Of a DNA stretch of 33,337 nt, positions 33,104 through 33,337 are shown in pieces (position 1 is the first letter of the stretch; every line of letters starts with the position of its first letter). Origin of the DNA: Octopus bimaculoides. Lineage: Eukaryota. The position numbers and the translations under genes are program-made. The notes beneath the pieces are model-generated. The model saw nothing but the letters and a program-made list of their open reading frames with translations. It did not search any database and was not told the origin of the DNA. Location of the stretch: positions 32,568,810 to 32,602,146 of the forward strand of contig NC_068985.1 of NCBI RefSeq assembly GCF_001194135.2, read 5' to 3'.

Positions 33104-33337
33104 ATTATGGAACTCAAAAAATGTTTTTTTCTTTTGTAAAATTAAATTACTTAATTATTTGTTATTAAACTGTTTATTCTACATCGAATTTGTGTTCTAT
33201 AACCTCAAAAACATTTATAAAGACATATCACATGACATTCTTGGTAGCAGCTACTGATTTCTTGAAAAAATTGTGTATTTTTGCTGCCATATTGGAAAAT
33301 CAGATTGCAAAATTAATACTATTTTTGGATTCAGCAT

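Noticed and set aside
30500-33337. Terminal inverted repeats for the DDE element
   Set aside because: No convincing inverted pair found; the right end probably lies beyond the window.

Overview
AT-rich, repeat-dense animal genomic DNA with four N-gaps. The repeat families and gene structure suggest an octopus or other coleoid cephalopod (inference). Two genes sit head-to-head. RPS14 lies on the minus strand: a probable non-coding exon 1 at about 4317-4345 and the first coding exon at 3468-3616, with later exons left of the window. ZSWIM8/Dora/EBAX-1 lies on the plus strand: five coding exons (5249-5441, 21530-21683, 26542-26636, 27073-27245, 29587-29694) give 241 aa including the SWIM finger, and the gene continues beyond the window. 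RPS14 intron 2 carries three C/D-box snoRNA copies (SNORD55/U39-like; guide complementary to the LSU rRNA motif UCUCCAAGGUGA). Two of them come from a 326-bp duplication whose breakpoint is a Helitron-like CTAG end. ZSWIM8 introns are packed with transposon relics: about 13 RTE-LINE pieces or tails, hAT, two mariners, SINEs, Helitron-like DNA and two Penelope-like elements. The most unusual items are an inverted, TSD-flanked Penelope-like insertion combining a GIY-YIG end, a tRNA-like Pol III head and minimal hammerhead ribozymes (23604-24700), and a frameshifted, not readily classified CxxH-type DDE transposase (30918-32765). Most short ORFs in the track are spurious or TE-derived.
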